This document shows, piece by piece, positions 1 through 11,929 of a stretch of 64,000 bases of DNA (within the stretch, counting starts at the first letter, position 1; each line of letters opens with the position of its first letter). The notes under the pieces were generated by a model. It searched no databases, had not been told where the DNA came from, and worked only from the letters and a program-made list of their open reading frames with translations. The translations under genes were made by a program, and so were the position numbers. This stretch comes from Malacoraja senta (Eukaryota), in NCBI GenBank assembly GCA_038087875.1, contig CM075988.1:26290001-26354000 (forward strand). Direction: 5' to 3'.

Positions 1-99
1 AATGAACATTAGCCCAGGATTCCCAGAAAACAGCTGCTCAAATCAATAGCAACACATTAGACTGCTCAGCCTGGCATTAGTAATCAGGGTCTCGACCCA

Positions 100-362
100 A
101 AACGTCACCTATCCATGTTCTCCACAGATGCTGCCTGACCCGCTGAGTTACTCCAGCACTCTGTGAAACATCACCTATCCATGTTCTCCACAGATGCTGC
201 CTGACCCGCTGAGTTACTCCAGCACTCTGTGAAACGTCACCTATCCATGTTCTCCACAGATGCTGCCTGACCCGCTGAGTTACTCCAGCACTCTGTGAAA
301 CATCACCTATCCATGTTCTCCACAGATGCTGCCTGACCCACTGAGTTACTCCAGCACTTTGT
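100..362 (+). repeat. 66-bp tandem array (about 4 copies) of a Penelope pLTR-derived unit
   Basis: Unit gaaacgtcacctatccatgttctccacagatgctgcctgacccgctgagttactccagcactctgt; period 66 (aac at 101, 167...). Confidence 0.9.
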
Positions 363-1239
363 CTCCTTTTGTGATCAATAGCATCCGCTCCTTGAAGCTA
401 ACACAAATCCAGAACTCCTGCACACAATGGTACAAATCAAAAAGGCTCCTTAGGAACAGCTGTCAGCATGCAAATGCCAGCGAGAATCAGGATGTTACTC
501 CCAAAAATGGGGGAAACTAAAATAAAGGAAGCAAAAAGAGAGTGAATGAGAATAGATTAGCTGCTAATTTAAATGGGAATTCACAAATGATTTAAAGAGT
601 AAAAAGGCAGTAGAGAGGAGCATGGTTTACTCAGAAGAATAATGGGACCTTGCAGACTGATGCGGAGGGGAGTGTTACAGTATTCAATGAGCTCTTTGCA
701 TCTTGTCTTTGCCAGTGAAGAGGGTACTTCCAAGGTAACAGCGTAAGAGGAGATTATTGAGAAAACAAAATATTATAAAACTTGAATAAGAAGGAACTGC
801 AGATGCCAGTTTACACCAAATACAGACACAAAAAGCTGGAGTAACTCAGCGGTTCAGGCAGCATATCGAGAAAAGCAACAGGTGATGTTTCAGGTCAAGA
901 CCCTATATCAGTCTGAGAGTCAGGGGAGAGGAAAACCAGAGATGTGTTACCTGTATCTCTCCCGATCCCTACACTGCTAAAGGAACTCGACCCGAAACGT
1001 TACCTATTCCCGATAAATATCGAGGTTTTGGAAAAGTTGGCAAACTAAGATCCAAGGGAATCTCCAGAGGAAATCACAGGGATGGTGACCCGTAGTCTGT
1101 CAATGTTGTTTGGGTACAGGGTGATGCTGGAGGGTGGGAGAGTGGTGAATATTATTGGACACAAAGTGCTGGAGTAACCTAACGGCTCAGGCAGCATCTC
1201 TGGAGAACGTGGATAGATAATGTTCTGGGTGGGGACGAG

Positions 1240-1503
1240 GAAGATTGCAAACAGCCCGGTCCATCACGGTTACTGACCTCTCCACCATCCAAAGTCCAGC
1301 ACAGTTACTGACCTTCTCATCATCCAAGGCATCTATAGCAGTTGCTGCTTCAAAACGGCAGCCAGCATCGTCAGCGACCCACACCACCCTGACCACACTC
1401 ACATTTCACTCCTGCCTTCAGGAAGAAGGTACAAGAGTCTGAAAATTGTAATGTCCAGGTTCAGGAGCAGCTTCTTCCCAACAACCATCAGGCTATTAAA
1501 CAC
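1240..1503 (+). mobile_element. Rex1/Babar 3' fragment
   Basis: ctcctgccttcaggaagaaggtacaagagtctg..aggttcaggagcagcttcttccc (LLPSGRRY..RFRSSFFP). Confidence 0.75.
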
Positions 1504-4500
1504 CTGAAACTCATACGATCATAAGGCCATAAGTGATAGGAATAGAATTAGGCCATTCGGCCCATCAAGTCTACACCATTTAATCATGGCTGATCCATCT
1601 CTCCCTCCTAACCCCATTCTCCTTCCTTCTCCCCGTAACCTCTGACACTCTCTGACATGCTCCAACTAATCTCCAAACTACAAACGGTCTTGATTGCACC
1701 AGGGACTTGGGGGGTGATGCTTCTGTCGTGGAACCATTGTTTGCTTGTTTTCATATATTGAACTGTTTGTTGATGAAGGTGACTATGTTTACATATCTGT
1801 TGTTGCTGCTGCTGCAAGAAAGGATGGCACTGTTCCGTGTCAGGACCAATGACAATAAAACACTCTTGACTCTCCTTCAGTCTGAAGTCTGAAAAAAAAG
1901 GATTTTGACCCAAAACATCACCTATCCATGTTCTTCAGAGATGCTGCCTGGCCCATTGAGTTACTCCAGCACTTTGTGTCCTTTTGTATAAACCAGCATC
2001 TGCAGTTCCTTGTTCTACATGGTGAATCTTATTCCCTTGTTCAAACACAAAGCACCAAGGAGCAACACAGCCAGTCCGTTTAAACTCAGAGACGGGGAAA
2101 GCACTTCATAACATCGATTCAGGACAGAGTTAATAGTAACCAGGAACAAAATGGAGAAAAAAAAGCCAAGATAGATTTGTTATGGAAACATTGTGTTTAA
2201 CCAATTGGATGGAATGTTTTGATGAGGTAATGTTATCCTATCCACGTACCTGTCTAAATGTTTCTTAAACGTTAGGATAGTCCCAGCCTCAACTACCTCC
2301 TCTGTCAGCTTCTTCCGTACACCCACCACCCTCTCTGTGAAAAGGTTACCCCCTCAGATTCCTATTAAAACCCATGTCCTCTGGTCTTTGATATACCTAC
2401 TCTGGGCAAGAGCCTCTGTGCATCTGCTCGATCTATTCCTCTCTTGAGGAAGGTGAATAATTCTACAGGGATCAGTTCCAGGGCGTTTCTTTTCAAAATA
2501 AGAGTCAAGTCATGAGTCAAGTGTGTTTTAGTGTCATATGTCCCGAACGGGACAATGAAATTCTGACTTTACAATAACTTTACAATAATGACCTTGACAT
2601 GTGGTGCAAACCACATTTTGCAAATTGGCAGTTGATACAAAATTGGCGAAACTTTGTTATGAGATACAAAGAAAACACTGATACATTGTCACATGGTATC
2701 AAGAGACTGGTTATACAGGCAGATGACGTTTCATTTGAGAAGTGGGAGGTGCAGCAAGAATTAGAAAAGACAGCATGGAATAAAGGACTGAAATCCAGAC
2801 TGAAGAAGTCTCGATCCGAAACGTCACCCATTCCTTCTCTCCAGAGATGCTGCCTGTCCCGCTGAGTTACTCCAGCATTTTGTGTCTTTCTTCTATTTAA
2901 ACCAGCATTTGCAGTTCTTTCCTACACATGCTAAAGGGAGTGTAGGAGCAAAGGCCCCTGGTAAATGGAGGCAAATAAAACCTATTGAGATTGCAGAGTG
3001 GCTGTGAAACGTGTTAGTGTGGCCTCCGCATGGCCTCCGCTGTGGGCCACTACATTGTAGGAAGGAAATGGTGCCAGACACAATACCGCACAAATTTACA
3101 AAAATAGTTCCTGGGATCAGAGGCCAATGACTCTAGTGGGACCGAGAATATTTTCTTTAGAGAAGGTCAAAGGGACTTTCCTGAAAAGTTAGTCATATTT
3201 TACATTTCATGAGGCTGATATTCATATTTATGTTTAAAAACATTGTTGAAGCCTGCTCAGTTACTTTACAAACACCTGTGATCATTTTTGTTGGTTGGCC
3301 TTAACTATGCATTAGTTTCGCTCCCATCCTTATTTCCATATAGTTGTATATATTAGAAGGAGAGAATGAACACTAGCCAGAACATGTTCCCGGTAAAATC
3401 TGGATTAAGCAAATGGTATAGATTTACCTGTTTAACTGGAAGTCAAACCTTGAACATTTGGCATTAACTTTGTGAAATGTAGAAGCCCTGAACTTTGGCC
3501 AGAGTAGTCGGCTTTCCTGAGTGATGGAAACTGTTGGTGGAAAAACACATCTTGGTCGCATGTCTGGGCAGCCCAGAAGCGAGAGGCATAGACAGATTGT
3601 AGGGTTCAGGAGAGAAGAACAGAAATAGGGATGGAAAGTTCAACGGAAGTCTAGCGTATGGGAGGCCAGGCTTAGCCCACTTCCCAACTCTTGGCCCATT
3701 GCACGGCAGCATATAGTTGTTAAACCCGCCATCCAGGTACTTTATAAAATGCCAGTAAAGTGGTTTTGTTCCACCACCCTTTCAAGGAATGAGGTTCACA
3801 CAACATTGAGTGAATTACTGTTGCAACACTTTTCCATCTACCATCCAGAACCAGAGGACGTAGGTTTAAAGTCAGGGAGGGGGGGGGGGCATTTGTTGTA
3901 TTGAACGAGCTGTCAGAGGTAGTTGAGGCAGGTACTATCACAATGTTTGGGAAACATTTAAACGGGTATGTGGATGGGATAGGTTTAGAGGGATTATAGG
4001 CATGTAGGACTAGTGTAGATGGGGCATGTTGGTCAGCATGGGCAAGTTTTGGCCAAAGGGCCTGTTTCCATACTGTATGACTCTAAGAGATGGATTTATG
4101 CTCAATAAACAAACTTACACTAAATATACTCACCAGCATGCTGTGAACGAGGTCCCTCATGCTTTCTTGTCAAAGCCTCTGATAATTGTACATCCCTGTA
4201 ATTAAACTTTCCCTTGTCGAAACCCCACAGAGTCACAGGCTGAAGAAGGGTCTCGACCCAAAACGTCACCCATCCCTTCTCTCCAGAGATGCTGCCTGTC
4301 CCGCTGAGTTACTCCAGCATTGGGGATCATGACAGAAGCCTCCTCGTGGCGATCCCCGGAAACGACGACACGATGCACTCTGTGACGCGTCCGGCGACCA
4401 ATTCTGTCAACGTGTTGGATGACGACAGGAGCCAACAGCGAGCTACAAGTCGTCTGACACACGAGCGAACGAACTCCAGCATTTGGTGTCTACCACAGTC

Positions 4501-4606
4501 ATTAATGTCCCAACACTAGTAACTCCTCCGCATGGTCTATACAGCCCTGACAACTATCCCATGGAGTGGTGATGAAAAGTATACACGGTACTCTAAGTGA
4601 CGACAT

Positions 4607-5270
4607 GCTGGAGTAACTCAGCGGGTCAGGCAGCATCTGTGGAGAACATGGATAGGTGACGTTTCACAGAGTGCTGGAGTAACTCAGCGGGTCAGGCAGC
4701 ATCTGTGGAGAACATGGATAGGTGACGTTTCACAGAGTGCTGGAGTAACTCAGCGGGTCAGGCAGCATCTGTGGAGAACATGGATAGGTGACGTTTCACA
4801 GAGTGCTGGAGTAACTCAGCGGGTCAGGCAGCATCTGTGGAGCGAAGGAAATGGGCAACCTTTCGGGCCGAAACCCTGAAGGAAATAGGCAATGTTTCGG
4901 GCCGAAACCCGGAAGGGTTTCGGGCCGAAACGTTGCCTATTTCCTTCGCTCCATAGATGCTGCCGGAACATGGATAGGTGACGTTTCACAGAGTGCTGGA
5001 GTAACTCAGCGGGTCAGGCAGCATCTGTGGAGAACATGGATAGGTGACGTTTCACAGAGTGCTGGAGTAACTCAGCGGGTCAGGCAGCATCTGTGGAGAA
5101 CATGGATAGGTGACGTTTCACAGAGTGCTGGAGTAACTCATCGGGTCAGGCAGCATCTGTGGAGAACATGGATAGGTGACGTTTCACAGAGTGCTGGAGT
5201 AACTCAGCGGGTCAGGCAGCATCTGTGGAGAACATGGATAGTGATGTTTCAGGTCGGGATGCTTCTTCAT
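4607..5270 (-). repeat. Same 66-bp tandem array, inverted (about 7.5 copies), interrupted at about 4841-4964 by a palindromic piece of a sister subfamily
   Basis: Reverse complement of the unit at 100-362; 22-aa periodicity in ORF 4851-5288. Confidence 0.9.
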
Positions 5271-5592
5271 ACACAGTACTCTACCTGAGGCTCAATACAG
5301 ATCCAACATGGCCTCCGTGGCCATATTCTGCAACTCAGCCAATACAAATGTTCTTAAAGTTTGTTGTTTTCTCAGATTTTTTTTAAACAATTAACAATTT
5401 AAAATTTGTCATAATTTTGAATGATTTTAAGTATCTCTTGCTCAGCCGAATAATTTAGGACCGAGGGATTTTCAGAGTCAGAGAAGACTGTCAGCTGCCA
5501 ATGTTTTCATGGGCACTCTGTGGGGCAGTGTTCAGCAGGTCTGTGGACACTCTGCCACCATTCAGCTCCAATTCAGCACACAGGCTAGCACA

Positions 5593-5865
5593 GGGGTGGC
5601 ACAGCAGTAGAGTTGCTGCCTAACAACGCCAGAGACTCGGGTTCGATCCTGACCACGGGTGCTGTCTATACTGAGTTTGTACGTTCTCCCTGTGACCACA
5701 TGGGTTTTCTCCGGGTGCTCCGGTTTCCTCCCACACTCCAAAAACGTACAGGTTTGTAGGTTAATTGGCTTCGGTAAAATTGTAAATTGTAAATAAGTGT
5801 AGGATGGTGTGCGGACTTAATGGGCCAAAAAGTCTGTTTCCACCTTGTATCTCTAAGGTCTAAAT
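5593..5865 (+). mobile_element. HE1 (tRNA-derived V-SINE)
   Basis: A/B-box head (ggtggcacagcagtag, gggttcgatcc), V-domain gggttttctccgggtgctccggtttcctcccacac, CR1-like tail. Confidence 0.85.
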
Positions 5866-6869
5866 CCTAAAGGCCTTCCACATCTGGCACAGGTAAGTAT
5901 TGTCCGCGGGTATTTCAGACAGTGTGCAGCCACCAACAAGTTCAGCTCCACTCTAATCACGTCATTGGATCTAACTGCCCAAACCGGCTCCTTGTGTTGC
6001 TGTGCTCACCTGACATCATGATCTATTATGTTTAATCTTCTCTTGCTCAATACCACAGAGTATTTCTGCCACTGTGGGAGAGGAGACTATCATTGTACCT
6101 TCTCAGGCCATGATCTAAAATAAACTCGACACCCTTCACAAACAGACAAAACTCACCAAGCCTTGGTTCATTTCTCACCCCCACCCGTGTTTCAGCTTTC
6201 CAGACTGACATAGTCTCACACTCCCAGTCTGTGCTGGATGTGCAGTAACCACCCCATGTTCAATAACATGGCCAGAAGCTGCACTAATATAGGTCAGTGT
6301 CCAAGTATCACACCTGCCCAACATCAGCAGAACACCCTGTGATATTTATTGAAGAAGGGTCTCGACCCGAAACATCACCCATTCCTTTTCTCCAGAGATG
6401 CTGCCTGTCCCGCTGAGTTACTCCAGCATTTTGTGTCTATCTTTGATTTAAACCAGCATCTGCAGTTCTTTCCCATGCTATTTATTTACTTACTGCCCTC
6501 CGGTCAAAAATAGGCCATTTGATTTGAGACACAAGACAGGTGTACATAATCCACAGTTTCCACCACATTGAGGACAGTTCTTTCTATTCCATTTCTTTGT
6601 CAATTGGTTTTGTTTGATTAATAATTTAGTGCTTAATTGATTGAATTACAACAAGACAGGTGAGCTGGTTGAGTAAACTAACAAGTTGATGAGCTTACCT
6701 TGCACTAAACGTTATTCCCTTATCATGTATCTATACACTGTAAATGGCTTGATTGTAATCATGTATTATCTTTCCTCTGACGGTATAGCACGCAACAAAA
6801 GCTTTTAACTGTATCTCGGAAAGTTAGTTCATTGAATGAACACATTCTCTGTGAGTTGACTCTGTGAGT

Positions 6870-6960
6870 CTGAAGAAGGGTTTCGGCCCGAAACGTTGCC
6901 TATTTCCTTCGCTCCATAGATGCTGTTGCACCCGCTGAGTTTCTCCAGCATTTTTGTGTA
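6870..6960 (+). mobile_element. 91-bp Penelope-derived non-autonomous element with intact hammerhead-like core
   Basis: CTGAAGAAGGGTTTCGGCCCGAAACGTT at 6870-6897; flanked by 15-bp direct repeat ctctgtgagttgact (6847-6861, 6962-6976). Confidence 0.8.
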
Positions 6961-7164
6961 CCTCTGTGAGTTGACTATTGGCCACCATTTGATGGAACCA
7001 TGGTCATGGCATGAATGGATTCATGTCACCACCAACTAGTTTTAAGATTATTGTTGTCCTATTCTCAGCTGCCCTTTGTTAATAGCGCAACCTGGAGTTG
7101 ATTTTTAACAATAGTATTTTTAAGTAACAGTTGCTGGTAAGTGAACAGACTTTTCACATTTTTA

Positions 7165-7342
7165 AGAAAGAACTGCAGATGCTGGAAAACTTGAAGGTAG
7201 ACACAAAATGCTGGAGAAACTCAGCGGGTGAGGCAGCATCTGTGGAGAGAAGGAAGGGTCTCGACCCGAAACGTCGCCTATTCTTTCTCTCCATAGATGC
7301 TGCCTCACCTGCCGAGTTTCTCCAGCATTTTGTGTCTACCTT
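7165..7342. mobile_element. Palindromic (inverted dyad) Penelope pLTR-derived element
   Basis: aaggtagacacaaaatgctggagaaactcagcgggtgaggcagcatctgtggagaga is mirrored by tctctccatagatgctgcctcacc...tttgtgtctacctt, around gggtctcgacccgaaacgtc. Confidence 0.8.
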
Positions 7343-8296
7343 TCACCTTTTTAATGTGTTCATCCCCTCTTGCCCTTTCTTTCACCAACCCCTTGCTTTG
7401 TATTTGATGCCAGTGACTGGCATGGCCCAGTTCAATGAGTGTTGCATTTCCCAGTCCCTGTCCACTACCTATAACTCTTGGTATTCCATTCCAGGCTATG
7501 GAGTGTCATCACTGACACACCTTGACTGCCTGAAGCTGATGGTTTTGCACTTTTCACCAGCCTGAAGTGACCGACCAAGGTGTGGCCTTGCGTTCCAGCG
7601 TTACATTCTGCGGCAAGTGAGTTCCAGCGCGGGTCACTACCCTACAAGAAAGAAGACTCTGAGTTTGGCTTAAATAGTTGAGATTACAAACCAGTTTTAA
7701 CTCCCCAATGTAGTAGTGAGGGTAGATAGATTACTGTGGAATTCTGAGGGTTTTGTTTCCTTCTAAAGCTTCAAGGGCACCTTGAAGGTCCCTGTGCAGC
7801 ACTGGGGAACAGTTACGTTATTTTGGTGTACGAGGGAACTGCAGATGCTGGTTTAAACCGAAGATAGACACAAAAAGCTGGAGTAACTCAGCGGGACAGG
7901 CAGCATCTCAGGAGAGAAGGAATGGGTGATGTTTTGGGTCGAAACCCTTCTTTAGTTATTTTGGTGCTCTGTTCAACCCGTCTCCTTCCTCCAGTTTGAG
8001 AATGGGGGAGGTTGTTCTAGCCCTCGAGCCAGTATCTGTATCTCCATTTGAGTCATAGAAGTCGTACAGTGTGGAAACAACCCCTTTGGCCCAACTTGCC
8101 CACACTAGCCAACATGCCCCATCTACACTAGTCTCACCTGCGTGTGTTTGGCCCATATCCCTCTAAACTGGCCATCTCCATTTGGTTGCTATAACTCTAA
8201 TCTCTCGGTGAAGGTAGAATGTTGTTTTGTGAGCTGTATTTAATGACTGTCTCAATCCTGTTTGGTGGATTGTATGACCAACTCAGTTTCTCTCGT

Positions 8297-8601
8297 TTAT
8301 TTTAGAGATACAGCACAGAAACAGGCCCTTCGGCCCGCCAAGTCCATGCCGACCAGCGATCCCCATACACTAGTACAATTCTACACACTAGGGTCAATTT
8401 GCAATATTTACTGAAGCCAATTAGCCTACAAACCAGTACGTCTTTGGAGCGTGGGAGGAAACCGGAGCGCCCAGAGAAAACCCACGCAGGTCACGGGGAG
8501 AACGTACAAACTCCGTACAGACAGCACCCGTAGTCAGGATTGAACCCGGGTCTCTGGCACTGTAAGACAATAACTCTATCCGCTGCCCCACTGTGCCGCC
8601 C
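8297..8601 (-). mobile_element. HE1 SINE
   Basis: Full-length reverse copy. Confidence 0.88.
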
Positions 8602-9384
8602 TCATTGATGCAAGTTCCTTTCTCGACTAAAGCGGACACCGTAGCGAGCAGTGGCTTCCTACACATTTAGTGTCTATTCAGCAGAACGAGGTCCTTTTTC
8701 AGCAAAGTAAAATCATTGCACACTGTACGCAAAAAAGTTATAGTTGCGACTCGTTTTTAAATATTGATTACATAAAATAAAATGCACTACTTTGACCTTG
8801 TATATAATATAGAAAGTGCAAGCATGTTTATCTTGAGTTTAAATCATGACAAAATATTTTTTAAATTGATGCATGATTGACCCACTGTGTTTGTTTTAGG
8901 CAGTTACGTTTTGCAACTGCTGTAAAGTGAACTCTCTCTGCAGCCAACATATAAGTGGACTGTTGTGCTTTTGTTATCTCTGTGGAGTGGGAGTGTGAGA
9001 GTGAAACTGAGATGCCTCTTTGTTTGACTAACAGGGAAATGGAATTGAGAAGATACTGAAAGGACAGACGTGGCAGGTAAAATCTCTCCGGAATGGGGCT
9101 TTTCTAGTTTTGGAAATATGGCAGGGAGTTTTTCGTGGTTATGGATCAACAAGGAAACACAAAAGTGGACATTGGGTGTGGAAAGAAGTCGCAGCCTCTT
9201 TGTTTTAAATTTTTTATTGAAGTTTCAAAGGTGTGCAGTAGTGTTGTGATTGGCCAGTCCTCCATGCATTGGGCTTGTGAGGAGTTGCACTTTGTACATT
9301 TCATTCAAAGTTACAGCTAGTTATTGTGGATTGAGGCAGCATTTGAATAGTGTCTTTCAAAAGTTAATGCATTGGCCAACCATA

Positions 9385-9600
9385 GACTCGGTGACCGTTT
9401 GGTCTGGCAAGACTTGCCAGATCTCTGTTGCTGACCATTTTAACTCCCCTTCCCATTCCCACGCTGACCGTACTGTCCTGGGCCTCCTCCATTGTCAGAG
9501 TGAGGCAACACACACAAACCGGAGTAACAGCACCTCCTGTTCCACTTGGACAGCTTACAACCCAATGGTATGATAATTCAATGCCCAATTGTAAGTAACT
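9385..9600 (+). mobile_element. Penelope-like retroelement, GIY-YIG endonuclease C-terminal fragment
   Basis: VADHFNSPSHSHAD.TVLGLLHCQSEAT, then frameshifted QHLLFHLDSLQPNGM; followed by a CT-rich 3' region. Confidence 0.8.
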
Positions 9601-9651
9601 TCTAACAACCCCGTCCCCTGAGCCCCACCTGGACTTGTACCTATTTCTCCA

Positions 9652-9682
<31 letters not shown>

Positions 9683-9732
9683 CTTCCACCTACATTCCTT
9701 TTCCTGGTTTAACAATTCACAACTCTTCAATC

Positions 9733-9823
9733 CTGAAGAAGGGTTTCGGCCCGAAACGTTACCTATTTCCTTCGCTCCATAGATGCTGCTGCACCCGCTG
9801 AGTTTCTCCAGCATTTTTGTGTA
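9733..9823 (+). mobile_element. 91-bp Penelope-derived element with intact hammerhead-like core
   Basis: Same motif at 9733-9760; direct repeat tcttcaatcct (9724-9734, 9824-9834). Confidence 0.8.
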
Positions 9824-11315
9824 TCTTCAATCCTTTTGTCTGCGTGCTGTTTTTAAATCTCTGGCCCTTGTCCAACCATCTGCCTATCAACACCCCCTTC
9901 ACCTGTAGTCACCTATTGCCTTCCATGCTTCGTCCGCCAAGCCTAATCCCCCCCACACCCCCCCCCCCCACACACAATCAATATGAAGATTAGCATTGTG
10001 TCTTTTTTCAATGTGTTGCCATTTTTCGTGTAAATTTCTAGGATGGGATTGGGGGGTGGAGGGGTTGGTGTAGTGGGGGGGGGGGGGAGTGGCCATTTTA
10101 GGGAAGTCCCTTTAGCAAGGTCAATGGAATTCCAATCAGTGATTTTGAATGTTCAGTCACTGATGGTCACACTGACAATGGTTTTTCTCTTTGGACTCTG
10201 AAGTGCATGTTTCTGGACCCAGGGAGTTCATGACCGCAGGCCCTGTTGTTCAGGGGATGAAAACTGCACGGACACCATGGCACGTTCATGTTGACCCTGG
10301 TCTTGGTCCTAGAAAGAGGTGGTACGTCAGGAGACTTTGTGCATCATTTACTGTTATATCTACTCTTTGAGGGAACTAATTGACTGATGTCAATGTACCA
10401 CTCTAGCTTGGCTATCCAAACTTTACCCATTATATTATTATTCCTTTGACCTTTCCAGTCCAGTTGAATCTGATTCCACTTTCTTTCCAGATCAAAACAA
10501 CCTCTTAAATAATCTCCTTTCCACCAATTATCTTCATTCTGAGCCCTCTGGTTACCTGTCCTGTTGCCTATGGAAATATTGTTTTGGTCAACAGTTTGGA
10601 GACTGCTGCTAATTCCAGCAGATCTGTATGCCACTCCATATGCTGGTGTTAGACGTACAGTTAAATGATTCAGTGGCTCCAGATACCACAGCGTCTAGAA
10701 CTATCAGTGTGTCTACTGACAGCCTTGGACAATAGGAGTAGGCCATTTGGCCCTTCGAGCCAGCACCGCCATTCAATGTGATCATGGACTTGAAATGTGA
10801 CGCTGTTTTCACTGAATCAAATAAGGGAAAAAAACTATTAATGTTTCGTGGGACTTGAGTGGAAAGGTGTCGGGCAACATGTAGATGGACAACAGTGAGA
10901 GAGTCAGAACCAAAGGGGAAGTGGTGGTGCAGCATGGAGTCTTCAGCTCCACTGGATGAGTGCTGGGTCCAGGGCGATAATATCCGGTTGAGTCTGGTTT
11001 GTGTTTTGACAATGTATAGCAGTGTTAACCCTTGCACCGCTGTTACTGATAGAGGGGGTGGGGAGAAAGACACAGTGCTGGAGTAACTTAGTGGGTTAAG
11101 CAGCATCTCTGGAAACCATGGAAAGATGATCGCTCAGGTCGGAACCCTTTTTCAGACTCTGAAGGAGGGTCCTAGCTTGAAACGTCACATGCCCATGTTC
11201 TCCAGAAATGCAGCCTGACCTGCTGAGTTACTCCAGCACTTTGTGTCTCCAGCATCTGCAGTCCCCTGTGTCTCCATGTCACTGAGAGGCCCTGCTCACT
11301 CTGAGAACAACACTG

Positions 11316-11619
11316 GGGCAGCACATTGGTGCAGCAATAGAGCTGCTGCCTCACAGCGCCAGAGACCCAGGTTCGATCCTGACTACGGGTGCTGTCTGTG
11401 TGGAGTTTGTATGTTCTCCCCGTGACATGCAAGGATTTTCTCCGGGTGCTCTAGTTTCTTCCCACATTTAAAGACCTAAGATTTGTAGGTTAATTGGCTT
11501 CGGTAAAAATTGTAAAATTGTCCCTGGTGTGTAGGATAGTGCTAGTGTACGGGGATCGCTGGTCGGCATGGACTTGGTGGGCCGATGGGCCTGTTTCTGT
11601 GCTGTATCTCTAAACTAAA
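11316..11619 (+). mobile_element. HE1 SINE
   Basis: Full-length; ends ctgtatctctaaactaaa. Confidence 0.88.
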
Positions 11620-11929
11620 TTCAACTGCAATTTCCCAGTCTGTGTCTCTAATGCAGTGAATGATTGAGGAAGCTGAGTTTCTGTGTTATATTTTTACTAG
11701 CTTCCTTGACTCTGAATCAGTAGATTGTAATGACCAAGATGAAGTGTTTGTAATCACGTGATATCCCTCATGCTTTCCACCCAATGATGTCGTCTAGGAG
11801 TCCGGTTACTGTTGTAATATTGGGAACCTAGCAGCCCATTTGCTGACTAATGGTCTAATCTTCAATTGTTGGATCAGTGTGTAGGGTATAAAGTCCAGCG
11901 CACCAGTCAACTGCTCTGCTGTTGTTCAC

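Noticed and set aside
4607..5270. CRISPR-like look of the regular 66-bp repeats
   Set aside because: Units are contiguous with no unique spacers, there are no cas genes, and the context is vertebrate
5593..5660. tRNA genes (A/B boxes at several sites)
   Set aside because: All are heads of HE1 SINEs that continue into the V-domain and LINE tail
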